Below, one piece after another: positions 29,477 through 39,624 of a DNA stretch of 64,000 nucleotides. Position 1 is the stretch's first letter. Each line of letters begins with the position of its first letter. Under the pieces are notes generated by a model that had not been told where the DNA came from, searched no databases, and saw only the letters and a list, made by a program, of their open reading frames with translations. Source of the stretch: Vampirovibrionaceae bacterium NZW_1234 (GTDB lineage Bacteria; Cyanobacteriota; Vampirovibrionia; Vampirovibrionales; JAGQHJ01). Position numbers and translations under genes: made by a program. The stretch lies in assembly GCA_041697335.1 (NCBI GenBank), contig JBGUGD010000004.1, positions 32,001-96,000 on the forward strand, in the 5' to 3' direction.

Positions 29477-32315
29477 GAAAGTGCCTCTAAGCTCTGTTCT
29501 GCTGGGTAAAACTGTGAATAGCTCAACCGTTTTTAAGGATTCATGGGAAGGATACGACGTGATAGGCCATATTACTAAGGTATTTCTTGGTTTGTTGAAT
29601 CAACTGTATCGTCAAAACAAGATATGGATATCCCTTATACTGGCCATCGGGATGTGCTTCTCATCGTGGCTGAGTGTATCCAGCAACGCACAAAGCCCGG
29701 GCATCGCGGTTGTGCTCAATGAGTCGTTGAGTAGCCATGATATTCAAGAAAGCCCTCAACTTCTATCTACATTAAAGCAGTTAAATCAGAATATTTCAAC
29801 TATACAATTGAAAGAATTAACCAATTTTAAAGGAAATCTTCTGATTGTTCCTTTGAAAGATGATTCCAGTAAAGCCTTTTTGGATGAGATCCAGCGTTTA
29901 AAGGGCAGCGATATGCATTTGCTGTTGTTGCCTATGCTTTCTCGTCCGAATACACGGGTTGAACATTTTTTGGAAGCCATGGGATTTCAGATTACGCGAA
30001 CCCAGTTTATCTCTTATTCCCTTCCACTCAAAATTGATGGTGTGCCGAGCAAGACATTTTTACCGATTGGAAGCTTTGTTATTCACGCCAGTGCCACCCA
30101 AGAACCCTTAATGTATTGGGGGAATAGTTTCCCAGCTGCAGTTCGAGCCGGGAATTCGTTGCTGGTGAATTGGAATTGGTCCGGGACCTTGTCCTTTGAA
30201 TCTTTTCGGGACGTCATGAGTCGATGGGCACAAGTCGATAGAAGTCTGGTGGCGTTTGATGTTGGATCTGGTTTTTCTCAGGGGTTAAGTTCAGCAGCAT
30301 ATGCAGAAAGTAGTCGAATTATTCCTACGATGGCTGAGCAAAGTACTGTTCCCGCTAGCCAAAGTTCTGCTTCGACCCGTACATTGTGGAGTTCCGATTC
30401 GGAGCCTCCCAAGGTGACACAAATGTATGCTACACCTGCTCAGCAGGCAACTCGTGCTGCGTCATCGCCTCAACCTCAAGGAGGTCGGAATTCTACTCAG
30501 TCGGAAGAAGACAAAGATTCTAATCCTGATGAGCTCTATGACTTCGATGGCGGTAACAAGCGCGATCGACAAGCACTGGCACAATTGAGAAACTCGGAAA
30601 CTCAGACAGCTATTGCCGAATACTATAACGACCGGATGCGTGAGCTTGCGGAGTTGCAAGAAAAAGTCACCATGCTGGCTGGCCAATACATGCATGTGCC
30701 TCAAAAGCATCATCAGATTCAGGCGGCCTTAGATGCTGCGAATCAGGAGAAAAGCCGGTTTGAAACAGCCTGGTTTCAACAAAACTTTGGTGTGGCCTTA
30801 ACTGCCTATGAAAAAAGTCGCGATACCTTGATGGGTGTTCTCTTTGAAAAAATCCCTGATACCGTGATTGAAGGTCGAGCCATTTGGATGGATCGGGGCA
30901 GTATTGTAAATGCGGGCAATGAAGCGGCCCTGCGTCAGCTCATTCGTCGGGTTGCGGCGTCTGGATTTAACGTCATTTACTTTGAAACCATCAATGCGGG
31001 TTATCCCATTTATCCAAGCAGACTGGTCGAGCAAAACCCTCAGGTTAAAGGCTGGGACCCCTTGGCTGTGGCTGTCGATGAAGCACATAAGCAAGGTGTC
31101 GAACTCCATGCTTGGGTGTGGGCCTTTGCTGTGGGAAATACCCGGCATAACAAAATTCTGGGACAACCGGATTCCTTTCCGGGTCCCATCTTGAGCAAGC
31201 CTGAGTTAGCGTCTGAAGCCTTGCGCGGCCGGAATGGTGAAATGATATTGCCTGAGCAGTATGAATATTGGCTGAGCCCCGCTAGTCCTAAAGCCAGAGA
31301 GTTCTTAAGTAGCTTATATGCAGAAATTGTGCACAATTATCCTGTTGATGGCTTACAACTGGACTATATCCGATACCCTTTCCAGAAACCCAATACGCCT
31401 ATGGGATTTGAGCCCTTTGCCGCCAACCGTTTTACCGCAGAAACAGGGTTAAGCTTATCCGATCTCAACGATTATACGCTGAAAGCCTGGGATGCTTGGA
31501 AAGCCTTTCAGGTGACAACCTTTGTGCGGGAACTGTCCTATCGCTTAAAATCGATTAATCCTGAAATCAAGCTGTCGGCCGCTGTCTTTCCTTTAGCCCG
31601 GCATGGGCGGATGCTCATGATTCAGCAGGATTGGGAAACCTGGGTCCGCAATGGTTGGATTGATACATTGAACCCGATGGCCTATAGTCGCAGTGCTCGA
31701 TCGTTAGAGCGTCTGGTATCTTACGTTAACAATGTGGGCGGCGATAAAACCTTGGTCTATCCCGGGTTATCCCTGAAAAAGCTGAATGCCGTGTCCCTGT
31801 TGGATACATTGGAAATTTGCCGCAGAACCGGTGTAATGGGGACGACGCTGTTTGCCTACACCCAGTTTGATAATGACAAACAATTGCTCTTGCAGCGAGG
31901 GCCATACCGGCAGCGTAAGACTGTCCCTCCGCACCGTAATCCGCTTTCGGCTAGCGTTCAGTTGATTTCTGAAGTGGAACAGATGGTGGATAGCATGCTG
32001 CGCTCGGACCTGCAAACGGCAAATTTGGCCACTCTCGGTGAAATTAAGCAAGCCCTGCGCTCTGTGTCTCAAAGTATGAGCAATTTGAACCCCAGCCAAC
32101 GGCCCATTGGATACCAGGGTGCCTTGGAGTCGGTTCGGGATCAAACTCGTCTGTTGGAGCAACGAACGGAACAATGGGCTGGCAATGCCGATAATTCTGT
32201 AGCGGGCTATCAGTCTAAAATATTGAAGCAAATGGTTGATAAAGCTGTCCGTTTAGTCAATTACACGACATATCAGCTCTCGGAAGTGCCTGCTTTGCAA
32301 GCTCGTCAGGAGTAA
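29469..32315 (+). CDS. Glycoside hydrolase-like family 10 (GHL10/DUF187, YddW-like) protein
   Basis: EGRAIW, WDPL...VDEAH..GVELHAW, DGLQLDYIRYP and QDW..W motifs; true start probably downstream (e.g. GTG 29559). Confidence 0.85.
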   Translation: MIMKVPLSSVLLGKTVNSSTVFKDSWEGYDVIGHITKVFLGLLNQLYRQNKIWISLILAIGMCFSSWLSVSSNAQSPGIAVVLNESLSSHDIQESPQLLSTLKQLNQNISTIQLKELTNFKGNLLIVPLKDDSSKAFLDEIQRLKGSDMHLLLLPMLSRPNTRVEHFLEAMGFQITRTQFISYSLPLKIDGVPSKTFLPIGSFVIHASATQEPLMYWGNSFPAAVRAGNSLLVNWNWSGTLSFESFRDVMSRWAQVDRSLVAFDVGSGFSQGLSSAAYAESSRIIPTMAEQSTVPASQSSASTRTLWSSDSEPPKVTQMYATPAQQATRAASSPQPQGGRNSTQSEEDKDSNPDELYDFDGGNKRDRQALAQLRNSETQTAIAEYYNDRMRELAELQEKVTMLAGQYMHVPQKHHQIQAALDAANQEKSRFETAWFQQNFGVALTAYEKSRDTLMGVLFEKIPDTVIEGRAIWMDRGSIVNAGNEAALRQLIRRVAASGFNVIYFETINAGYPIYPSRLVEQNPQVKGWDPLAVAVDEAHKQGVELHAWVWAFAVGNTRHNKILGQPDSFPGPILSKPELASEALRGRNGEMILPEQYEYWLSPASPKAREFLSSLYAEIVHNYPVDGLQLDYIRYPFQKPNTPMGFEPFAANRFTAETGLSLSDLNDYTLKAWDAWKAFQVTTFVRELSYRLKSINPEIKLSAAVFPLARHGRMLMIQQDWETWVRNGWIDTLNPMAYSRSARSLERLVSYVNNVGGDKTLVYPGLSLKKLNAVSLLDTLEICRRTGVMGTTLFAYTQFDNDKQLLLQRGPYRQRKTVPPHRNPLSASVQLISEVEQMVDSMLRSDLQTANLATLGEIKQALRSVSQSMSNLNPSQRPIGYQGALESVRDQTRLLEQRTEQWAGNADNSVAGYQSKILKQMVDKAVRLVNYTTYQLSEVPALQARQE

Positions 32316-32359
32316 GTGGGTATGTTTCAGATGTCCTTCGCTGTCATATTGATGCGGTA

Positions 32360-32944
32360 GTGCATCCCATGGACACAACATCACCGGATCTGATGCATCT
32401 CCATCGCCACGCCATGGTGACACTGGACAGTCAGCTAGGCCCTTTACAAGCCCAGTATCAACCCTATCTGGCCTGTCGTAAAGGCTGTTTCAGCTGTTGT
32501 GAAACCCAGTACAAAATCCGTTATAGCGAAGCTGTATTTTTAGTGGAAGGGTTTCAACAAGCTCCTAAGGATGTTCAGGAACAAATCCGAGCGAATTTGA
32601 GAGGCGAGGGGCCTACCCCAGTTAGTTACTGTCCTGTTCTGATTGAGGGTGCCTGCTCCCTGTATGAGCATCGCCCAGCCTTGTGTCGAGCCTATGGGTT
32701 GGTACTGAAATTGGGTCCGGATTTATCGACATGCCCCTTAAACTTTAACGGGTTGCCGCGTCAACACCTTCAGGTTTTGGACATCAACCCCTACTATGAG
32801 TTACTCGATGAGTTATCGCAGCGGCTTTGGGCTGAATGTTCCGAGAGTGAACCCGCAGAGAATAACGTAGCTCCGAACCTCAGTATTCGGGATTATTTGG
32901 ACCGGATGCTCCATCCTGGCTCGTCATCATCTGAAATTGTTTAA
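32360..32944 (+). CDS. YkgJ family Cys-cluster protein
   Basis: CRKGCFSCC, CPVL..G.CSLYEHRPALCR.YG motifs. Confidence 0.85.
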   Translation: MHPMDTTSPDLMHLHRHAMVTLDSQLGPLQAQYQPYLACRKGCFSCCETQYKIRYSEAVFLVEGFQQAPKDVQEQIRANLRGEGPTPVSYCPVLIEGACSLYEHRPALCRAYGLVLKLGPDLSTCPLNFNGLPRQHLQVLDINPYYELLDELSQRLWAECSESEPAENNVAPNLSIRDYLDRMLHPGSSSSEIV

Positions 32945-33429
32945 AACCGCTCTTCGCTGCCAGGAGAATACACATCCACGGATTCGGCCTCCCCACCTCC
33001 GCCGACATAAGGTGCTAATGGCTTTGAAGATTGCCATAGTGTACGCAGATCCTTCGGGAGTTGCGCGGCCACATCGTTGGCTTCCCCTTCCGTGAGCTGT
33101 TGCTGTAACGCGTAGAAAACGGCTTGGGTCAGTTTTTCACCGGGGACGTTCAAACGGCTGCCTTCTTGTTCTACCGCATCGACAAACTCAATCCGGGTTT
33201 CTTTGCTGGGGCGGCTGAAGGGCTCTTTAAGCCTTTCCAGCAAGGGGTGTTGTCCTTTCCATAATTTCTTTAAGGCAGTCGGGAGTTGGGCATCTACATC
33301 CTCGGCTTCGTCTTTGGTAATCCGATGGCTCAGGTGGCGAAATACAATTTCCGTGGCGTGCTTGGCCTCTTCCAAGTCATTTAGACCCGCTTCTTCCTGA
33401 ACAATCCGAAAAAACGTGTTGGGATGCAT
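32941..33429 (-). CDS. DUF2267 domain protein
   Basis: Two repeats of VF..L...(I/L)T..EA.DV.AQLP..L..LW; GGAGG RBS. Confidence 0.85.
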   Translation of the reverse strand: MHPNTFFRIVQEEAGLNDLEEAKHATEIVFRHLSHRITKDEAEDVDAQLPTALKKLWKGQHPLLERLKEPFSRPSKETRIEFVDAVEQEGSRLNVPGEKLTQAVFYALQQQLTEGEANDVAAQLPKDLRTLWQSSKPLAPYVGGGGEAESVDVYSPGSEERF

Positions 33430-33607
33430 AAGATCGCCCTCCTCTATGATGTGAGTGGATTATTGTAGCCGGTTATCAACCCTGCATCTGAGTATCGCGT
33501 GTTGTTACTTGAAGATAATCTAGTCAAACAGGTAACAAAAATTTTCCACAACTGGATAATTTTTTCACGGTGCCGAATAATAGACACAACCGTGTGGAGT
33601 TGAATCT

Positions 33608-34735
33608 GTGGATCCGATGCAGCCTCGAGACCCGGAAGTCTCAATGTTTGAATCGAAAAGACCCTTGCCAGCCGCTGAGCGCGATGGGTTTCGACATCGA
33701 GGATTTAGCTTTCGCAAAAAAGCCGGGACCACCCGGACGCATCTCTCAAAGCTGATGTGGCAATCACATCAGGATTGGTTGCGCTTGGGGACGAGCTGTC
33801 TGGTTCGTCAGTTTCCAAAGTTAGGACCGAAGCCAGTGCCGGATGATGGGCGTGGCTATCAGTATTCACCGTCGGTATCTGATCCGGACGATTTTTCGTT
33901 TATTCTCGTAGGCGATACCGGCATGAACTCGCCCGGCCAGTATCTCGTCTCAACGGCCATATCGCACCAGACGGTTTATCCCAGTGACTTTTGCCTGATT
34001 TTGGGCGATGTTATGTATCCGGCAGGGGGTGCTGAAGGCTATCGTTATGGTTTACTGGAGGCATTTCGGCATTATAAAAAACCTATTTTGGCTGTTCCAG
34101 GGAATCATGATTGGTATGATCAGTTAGAGGCCTATCGCCGCTTTTTTATCTCTGGAGATATCCCCTCACACTTAAGCAGTGAGTATGCTTGGGCTTCACC
34201 TCAATTGCCCAATTGGTATTATTATATGGACTTTGGCAATGCGCTTCGTGTGATTTGCCTGGATACCGGAATTTCGGGTGAGTTGGCCCAAAACCAAGAA
34301 GCTCAATTAGATTGGTTGGATGGGCTCTTGGAAACAGCCGGCCCTCGCAAGGTTATTTTGGTAACGCATCACCCTCTGTATTCATTGACACAACGGCCAC
34401 ATGAAAGACGTTTGCGTCAATGGCTTCTTCCCCGCTTAAAGAAAGCGAATGTTGTGGCTGTTTTCTCTGGTCATGATCACAGTTATCAGAGACATGTGGT
34501 GGCGGGGTGCCATCATGTTGTCCAAGGGGCAGGCGGGGCCAGTCTCCATCCTTTGCCGGATTCAGCGATTGTGGTTAACCCCGATGGGACCAGGACAGTT
34601 CTTCAGAAGCAATCCGCCTTCTGGGACAAGCATTATTCGTTCATTCATTGCCAGTATCGTTCAGGGCAATTAACTTGCACGACTCTTTCGGCCCATGAGG
34701 TTCCAGGGTATAGACTCGATCGGTTCGTGCTCTAG
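33608..34735 (+). CDS. Calcineurin-like metallophosphoesterase (purple acid phosphatase-like)
   Basis: GDTG, GDVMY, GNHDW, HHP and GHDH motifs. Confidence 0.88.
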   Translation: MDPMQPRDPEVSMFESKRPLPAAERDGFRHRGFSFRKKAGTTRTHLSKLMWQSHQDWLRLGTSCLVRQFPKLGPKPVPDDGRGYQYSPSVSDPDDFSFILVGDTGMNSPGQYLVSTAISHQTVYPSDFCLILGDVMYPAGGAEGYRYGLLEAFRHYKKPILAVPGNHDWYDQLEAYRRFFISGDIPSHLSSEYAWASPQLPNWYYYMDFGNALRVICLDTGISGELAQNQEAQLDWLDGLLETAGPRKVILVTHHPLYSLTQRPHERRLRQWLLPRLKKANVVAVFSGHDHSYQRHVVAGCHHVVQGAGGASLHPLPDSAIVVNPDGTRTVLQKQSAFWDKHYSFIHCQYRSGQLTCTTLSAHEVPGYRLDRFVL

Positions 34736-35635
34736 AGCAAGCCAAGGCGGAGCCATTACCCGCAATTTCTCAGGGTAGATGCCAATTGTCATCTTGCGAT
34801 AAAAGGTGTAAATGTCGCCGTCAACGTCCACATCAACGGGAGTTTTCAGGCGGATTTCAATGGTCTTAAGTTGCTGATGGTGGATTTCTTTACACAACGT
34901 GTGGTCGTGCTTTTTTAAGAACACGCGAACGTAGAGCTTCGGGATCTCCCACCAACGCCGCCAGCTGAGATAGTACAGATCGAGCCAATGACTTTTTAGA
35001 TGGGCCTTTGGGGCAATGGGAAAGCCACCGCCGTGGTATTTGGCGTTCCCCACAACCAAGTGTGGGGTCCGAATCTTTTTGGGGGGCTGATCATCAATCT
35101 GAATGCTCAGGCTGTGACGGGGTTTTTTTCGAAAAAGGTAGGAAAACGCACCCCAATATAGTGCTCCTCTGCCGAATAGTGATTTTAGAGAGCGCTTGGC
35201 GGTTTTCGTTACCTCGGGACCAAATCCCATACTTGTTGCACAGGTAAAGCAGATACGCTGGTTGATTAAGCCCATGTCAACGGCGTGTATGTGGCCTTCA
35301 AGCATGGCTTTTAATGCCAGTTGCGGGTTTAACGGTATTTCTAGGGAGCGGGCAAAGTCATTGCCTGTGCCGACGGGGATAATTCCAAAGGTAAATAAAT
35401 GCAGATTCCGATGGCCGATGGCGTTGAGAATACGGTGCAAGGTTCCATCTCCGCCGATGAGAATAAGGTATTGGTGCTGTTGGTTTTTGGTGGCGCACTG
35501 AACCAGTGAGGGCAGATCCTCCAAGGTTACCCATTCATAAGTCAGCCCCAATTCTTCTAAAACACGGGCCAATTCGACTTTAGATACCCCTTTGGCATTG
35601 CCTGCCGCCGGGTTTACAAGCAATTTTATGACCAT
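34670..35635 (-). CDS. Diacylglycerol/lipid kinase family (YegS/BmrU)
   Basis: NPAAG, GGDGT, PVGTGNDFAR, GGG and DGD motifs. Confidence 0.9.
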   Translation of the reverse strand: MVIKLLVNPAAGNAKGVSKVELARVLEELGLTYEWVTLEDLPSLVQCATKNQQHQYLILIGGDGTLHRILNAIGHRNLHLFTFGIIPVGTGNDFARSLEIPLNPQLALKAMLEGHIHAVDMGLINQRICFTCATSMGFGPEVTKTAKRSLKSLFGRGALYWGAFSYLFRKKPRHSLSIQIDDQPPKKIRTPHLVVGNAKYHGGGFPIAPKAHLKSHWLDLYYLSWRRWWEIPKLYVRVFLKKHDHTLCKEIHHQQLKTIEIRLKTPVDVDVDGDIYTFYRKMTIGIYPEKLRVMAPPWLALEHEPIESIPWNLMGRKSRAS

Positions 35636-35874
35636 AAGAAAAATCTCATGAGTCTTGTGCGTTCTCTGTCCCTGCTGGTATGTTAGCGAACAAACCCGTT
35701 ATGGGTTATTGCCTACTCAGGTAGTGGTATCAAGGCCCTGGCGAGCGCATTGTGAACGGGTTTTTCCGTGAAAGGCTCGGGGGCTGTTGCATCGGAATTT
35801 TATTGGTGGTATAAAATGTTATCCATAATTTACGATGCAGTCGAATGCATGACCAGTTAAAAGGAGTGTCCCCG

Positions 35875-36141
35875 GTGCCCAATATCAAGTCCGCCAAAAA
35901 ACGTGTTGACGTTGCTGAGCGTAATCGTCTTCGGAATCAAGCTTACAAGTCGGCCATTCGGACGTCCATTAAGCGTGTTCTGGAGTCTGTGCAAGACAAG
36001 GCAGACGCTGCGCAGATTCAAGAGCGTTTGGCCAAGGCCTACAGCTTGATTGATCGGGCCATTTTGAAAGGTATTCTCCACAAAAATACCGGTGCCCGCT
36101 ACAAAGCTCGCGTGGCTAAAGCGGCTAACAAAGCAGCCTAG
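35875..36141 (+). CDS. rpsT: 30S ribosomal protein S20
   Basis: PNIKSAKKR...HKNTGAR motifs; AAGGAG RBS before GTG 35875. Confidence 0.97.
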   Translation: MPNIKSAKKRVDVAERNRLRNQAYKSAIRTSIKRVLESVQDKADAAQIQERLAKAYSLIDRAILKGILHKNTGARYKARVAKAANKAA

Positions 36142-36247
36142 TTGGTTTTTTAAGTTGTTTTCAAAGCACCCTGGTCGTTTCGGTCTGGGTGCTTTTGAGT
36201 TTTGAACCTCAAAATTAGGCAGCCCAAAGAGACTCAGAAAATTTGAC

Positions 36248-36330
36248 AAAAAAAACTCTCTGAATCTTCGAAAATACGAGAATGCAGAGAGTCGATAGGA
36301 ATTGAGAGTTAGGAGAAGAAAGTGATGTTT
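36248..36330 (-). ncRNA. Candidate small RNA (~80-90 nt)
   Basis: No ORF; AT-rich -10 near 36333-36342; pyrimidine-rich body with UCUCCU; ACTCTCTG...CAGAGAGT hairpin followed by a U-run. Confidence 0.45.
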
Positions 36331-36450
36331 TGTATATATATAAAAACGATTTTTTTAGGGCCTGTGCCGAAGTTTAAATAAATGTAACAGTCCGAATACT
36401 GGAATTAAGGATTCCTTAAGGATTTACGCCGAGGGAGGCATGCAAGAGGC

Positions 36451-36477
36451 TAAACTTTCCAAGCCTTTGGCCGATAA
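36451..36477 (+). promoter_or_regulatory. Sigma28 (FliA)-type promoter
   Basis: TAAA-N15-GCCGATAA, a perfect consensus match upstream of the pilin-like gene. Confidence 0.75.
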
Positions 36478-36530
36478 GGGTAGAGAGCCCCAGAGCCAGT
36501 TCAATAGAATAAATCGTGTAGGGAACCAGG

Positions 36531-37106
36531 GTGTTGAAACCAGTCAAGGCCAAGCAATCGGGATTTACGTATTTTGAGGCCATTATTGCCTTAATTTTCA
36601 TTGGTATTGTGGCCATGTTGACTTTGCCTGGCATGATTTTCACCTCATCTAATAGCACTGCGCTTTATCGCACCAAGAACATGGCTGCTCAAATCCAGGA
36701 GGTCTCTATGGGGGGACGTTTTGGCTGGTCCATTATGGAAAAGCTCAAGTATGTGAATAAAATTTCTTCTGGCAATGTCAATATCAGCCTCAAGCCCTGT
36801 ACCGGGCAACAGGCGAGTACCTGTTGTACCACCATGAATCCCTGTTATCGTTTCTCGGACGGGGGGATTTTGCGCTATGATGGCTACAGTAACTCTGCCG
36901 GGGGGCCTGGTGGGATAGTATATGTCAATACAATGTCCTATTCTTACGATCCCGATGGGGCTGGTGTCATCAAGCCGGCAGAGTTGGTGTATCTTCACGC
37001 TACAGGCCGAATTGTATCTCGAGAAGTCTATTGGAAAGATGTCATCGGATCGACCAATGCAGGGTATAAAGATCCAGCCTATTTGAAGCCTTGGACCAAA
37101 TACTAG
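36531..37106 (+). CDS. Type IV pilin/pseudopilin-like protein
   Basis: KQSG|FTYFE prepilin cleavage motif with Glu5 and a hydrophobic helix. Confidence 0.85.
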   Translation: MLKPVKAKQSGFTYFEAIIALIFIGIVAMLTLPGMIFTSSNSTALYRTKNMAAQIQEVSMGGRFGWSIMEKLKYVNKISSGNVNISLKPCTGQQASTCCTTMNPCYRFSDGGILRYDGYSNSAGGPGGIVYVNTMSYSYDPDGAGVIKPAELVYLHATGRIVSREVYWKDVIGSTNAGYKDPAYLKPWTKY

Positions 37107-37351
37107 GCACTTTACCTCTTTTGGATTCTGCTCTGAAACCAGATACGGTGCTAAATTTTTCATGCAACTCGGTGAAACATGCCATGTCGGGCTTTGTAGT
37201 GAGCTTGTATCCAGGCTAAAAGCCTGAAAATAAGACTTTACAAGCGGTCATGGTTTCAATATGATTCTTAACCAAATATAATCAACGAGAGGGGGCAACC
37301 CGGTTCGGGGGTTATATGGGTTGTGTAATTTACTGAGAAGGAGGCAGGTAT

Positions 37352-38833
37352 ATGTCCAGCACAGTGGCCCAAAAAACGGTTTTTAAGAATCTGATTGATG
37401 GTGTTTGGGTGTCCAAGGACACCACATTTGCGGTTGAGAATCCCGCAACCAAAGAAATTATTGCTGAGGTTCCCCGGTGTACCAAAGAAGATGTGGATCA
37501 GGCGGTTCGAGGCGCTCGTCTGGCCTTTGAAAGCGGCAAATGGTCTAAAATGTCCGCCAGTGAACGGGGGCGTTTGCTGTTTAAAACGGCTGAACTGATT
37601 CGTGCCCATGCCGATGAACTGGCTGAATTGGAAACCCGCTCTAACGGCAAACCCATTCGGGAGACCCGATTCGTGGATGTGGTCCTGGCAGCCGATTGTT
37701 TTGAGTACTATGCCGGTATGGCCAACAAGATCCACGGGGAAACCATTCCGGCCCCCGGAAACACGCTGAACTATACACTGCGTGAGCCGCTAGGGGTAGT
37801 GGGTCAAATTATCCCCTGGAATTTCCCGTTGCTGATGGCTGCCTGGAAAATTGCCCCTGCCCTGGCGGCAGGCAACACCGTGGTGTTAAAGCCAGCCTCG
37901 GTAACGCCCTTAAGTGCCCTTCGTTTAGGTGAACTCTTGATGGAAGCCGGTGTACCCGGTGGCGTGGTTAATATTATCACTGGCCCCGGTGCCGAAATCG
38001 GTGAGTATCTGGCCAATCATCCTGGGGTAGATAAGGTCGCCTTCACGGGTGAAACCGAAACGGGTCGCCTGATTATGCAAGCGGCCTCCAAGACCATTAA
38101 AAACGTGTCTTTGGAGTTGGGCGGCAAGTCCCCGAACATCGTCTTTGCCGATGCAGATTTTGATAAGGCCATTGAAGGATGTTTGTTCGCCATTTACTTT
38201 AACCAGGGTCAGGTCTGCTGTGCCGGTAGCCGTCTCTTTGTGGAAGACAGCATCTACGACAAATTTGTAGAGACCTTTGTTCAGCGGGCCAAGCAAATCC
38301 GGGTTGGTAACCCCTTGGAGACCGATACCCAAATGGGTGCTTTGGTCAGTAAGGACCAAATGGAAAAAGTCTTGGCATACATTGAAAAAGGTCAAAAAGA
38401 AGGCGCAAAACTGCTGACCGGTGGCAAACAGCGCACGGATCTGCCAGGCTACTTCATTGAGCCCACCGTCTTTGCGGAAGTCAAGAATGATATGTGCATT
38501 GCCAAAGAAGAGATCTTTGGACCTGTGGTCAGTATCATTCGCTTTAAAGGTGAAGAAGATGTGGTACGCCAAGCAAATGATACCATTTATGGCTTGGCTA
38601 GCGCTGTTTGGACCCGTGATCTGACCAAGGCTCACCGTGTTGCCCGGGCCATCCAGGCAGGAACCGTTTGGGTGAATTGTTACAACCAATTGCCCAACGA
38701 GTCTCCTTTCGGAGGCTACAAGCAGTCCGGCATTGGCCGTGAGTTGGGCATCCATGCGTTGGAGCTGTATACCCAGGTCAAAAACGTTTACGTGGATTTG
38801 AACGAAAAACCGATGAACTGGTACAAATCCTAG
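37352..38833 (-). other. No minus-strand gene supported here (antisense shadow ORFs of the aldehyde dehydrogenase)
   Basis: ORFs 37268-37735 and 37925-38755 lie antisense to a highly conserved ALDH and show no motifs. Confidence 0.3.
37352..38833 (+). CDS. NAD-dependent aldehyde dehydrogenase
   Basis: IIPWNFP, FTGET, LELGGKSP, GQVCCAG, EEIFGPV and PFGGYKQSG motifs. Confidence 0.96.
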   Translation: MSSTVAQKTVFKNLIDGVWVSKDTTFAVENPATKEIIAEVPRCTKEDVDQAVRGARLAFESGKWSKMSASERGRLLFKTAELIRAHADELAELETRSNGKPIRETRFVDVVLAADCFEYYAGMANKIHGETIPAPGNTLNYTLREPLGVVGQIIPWNFPLLMAAWKIAPALAAGNTVVLKPASVTPLSALRLGELLMEAGVPGGVVNIITGPGAEIGEYLANHPGVDKVAFTGETETGRLIMQAASKTIKNVSLELGGKSPNIVFADADFDKAIEGCLFAIYFNQGQVCCAGSRLFVEDSIYDKFVETFVQRAKQIRVGNPLETDTQMGALVSKDQMEKVLAYIEKGQKEGAKLLTGGKQRTDLPGYFIEPTVFAEVKNDMCIAKEEIFGPVVSIIRFKGEEDVVRQANDTIYGLASAVWTRDLTKAHRVARAIQAGTVWVNCYNQLPNESPFGGYKQSGIGRELGIHALELYTQVKNVYVDLNEKPMNWYKS

Positions 38834-38870
38834 GATAGGCTTTTTTCCAAGTCACGTTCTAACGTAAATT

Positions 38871-38898
38871 AAAAGAGGCGTTGAAAAACGCCTCTTTC
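38871..38898. terminator. Bidirectional terminator between ALDH and a small minus-strand gene
   Basis: AAAGAGGCGTT-gaaa-AACGCCTCTTT. Confidence 0.8.
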
Positions 38899-38937
38899 TT
38901 TGTCTGCTGTATGATTGATGGTAGAGAAAATAACGTC

Positions 38938-39120
38938 TCAGGACGCCCAGAAGTTATCCCAATCTTCAATATCGCTCGTATCAAAGTGGCTGCGAGTCAG
39001 AGCACGGAGCTGTTCCTGTTCTCGATGCCGGTTCTTTATCGAGGGTGGCTTTTTGCCATGGGGCTTTCGATCGTCTTCTCGGCTGTGGTTGGTTTTCGGT
39101 TTGGTGAGTTGTTTTTGCAT
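38938..39120 (-). CDS. Small hypothetical protein (basic N-terminus, acidic/Trp C-terminus)
   Basis: GGAGG RBS directly upstream of the ATG; ends just before the terminator. Confidence 0.7.
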   Translation of the reverse strand: MQKQLTKPKTNHSREDDRKPHGKKPPSIKNRHREQEQLRALTRSHFDTSDIEDWDNFWAS

Positions 39121-39421
39121 GGGTCCTCCAGAATTTGTACCCCCCTGAGCTCACTGTGAATTCTACATGGATTTGAAATAAGGGCCATCACCTAAGTGGT
39201 GGGATTCCAGTCAAGGTCCTGGATGAATGGATTTCCCAATATGAAACATGTTTTTATCCAGAGGGAGCCCGACTAACAAGGGTGCTAATAGAATCCCGAG
39301 AGACGTGAAAAAAACAGATAGTAATTCAAATTAAAGATGAAATAAGTGCTGATATTTAATATTTGGTTACAATTTGTGGCCTTGCCTAGCAACTTTTTTT
39401 TTGAGAAGGTTTAATCTGAGT

Positions 39422-39490
39422 ATGAAAGACATTGTTCTAAACGTCGCTCAAGCGAACCATCATCATCAGCACCATCCCATAAGGAGATGA
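39422..39490 (+). CDS. Histidine-rich attenuator leader peptide MKDIVLNVAQANHHHQHHPIRR
   Basis: Manual translation: 5 His codons within 6 positions, directly before alternative RNA hairpins. Confidence 0.85.
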   Translation: MKDIVLNVAQANHHHQHHPIRR

Positions 39491-39571
39491 TGGTCGCATC
39501 ACGTGCTGTTTAACAAGATTTGCTGAAGCCACTGTCATCTCCCTTCCGGAACCGACAGTGGTTTCTTCTTT
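39452..39571 (+). promoter_or_regulatory. Transcription attenuator (1:2 pause, 2:3 antiterminator, 3:4 terminator)
   Basis: ACCATCATC(39456-64) pairs with GATGATGGT(39486-94); GGAGATGATGGT(39483-94) pairs with ACTGTCATCTCC(39531-42); GAAGCCACTGTC(39525-36) pairs with GACAGTGGTTTC(39554-65), followed by TTCTTT. Confidence 0.85.
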
Positions 39572-39624
39572 GCTTGAATTTTTCCAAGGTTACCCCCGTT
39601 CTATCTACTCTGAGACCCTGATTT

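Noticed and set aside
34670..34735. 66-bp convergent overlap of the phosphoesterase and lipid kinase genes
   Set aside because: Short 3' overlaps are common in compact genomes; no evidence of functional antisense control.
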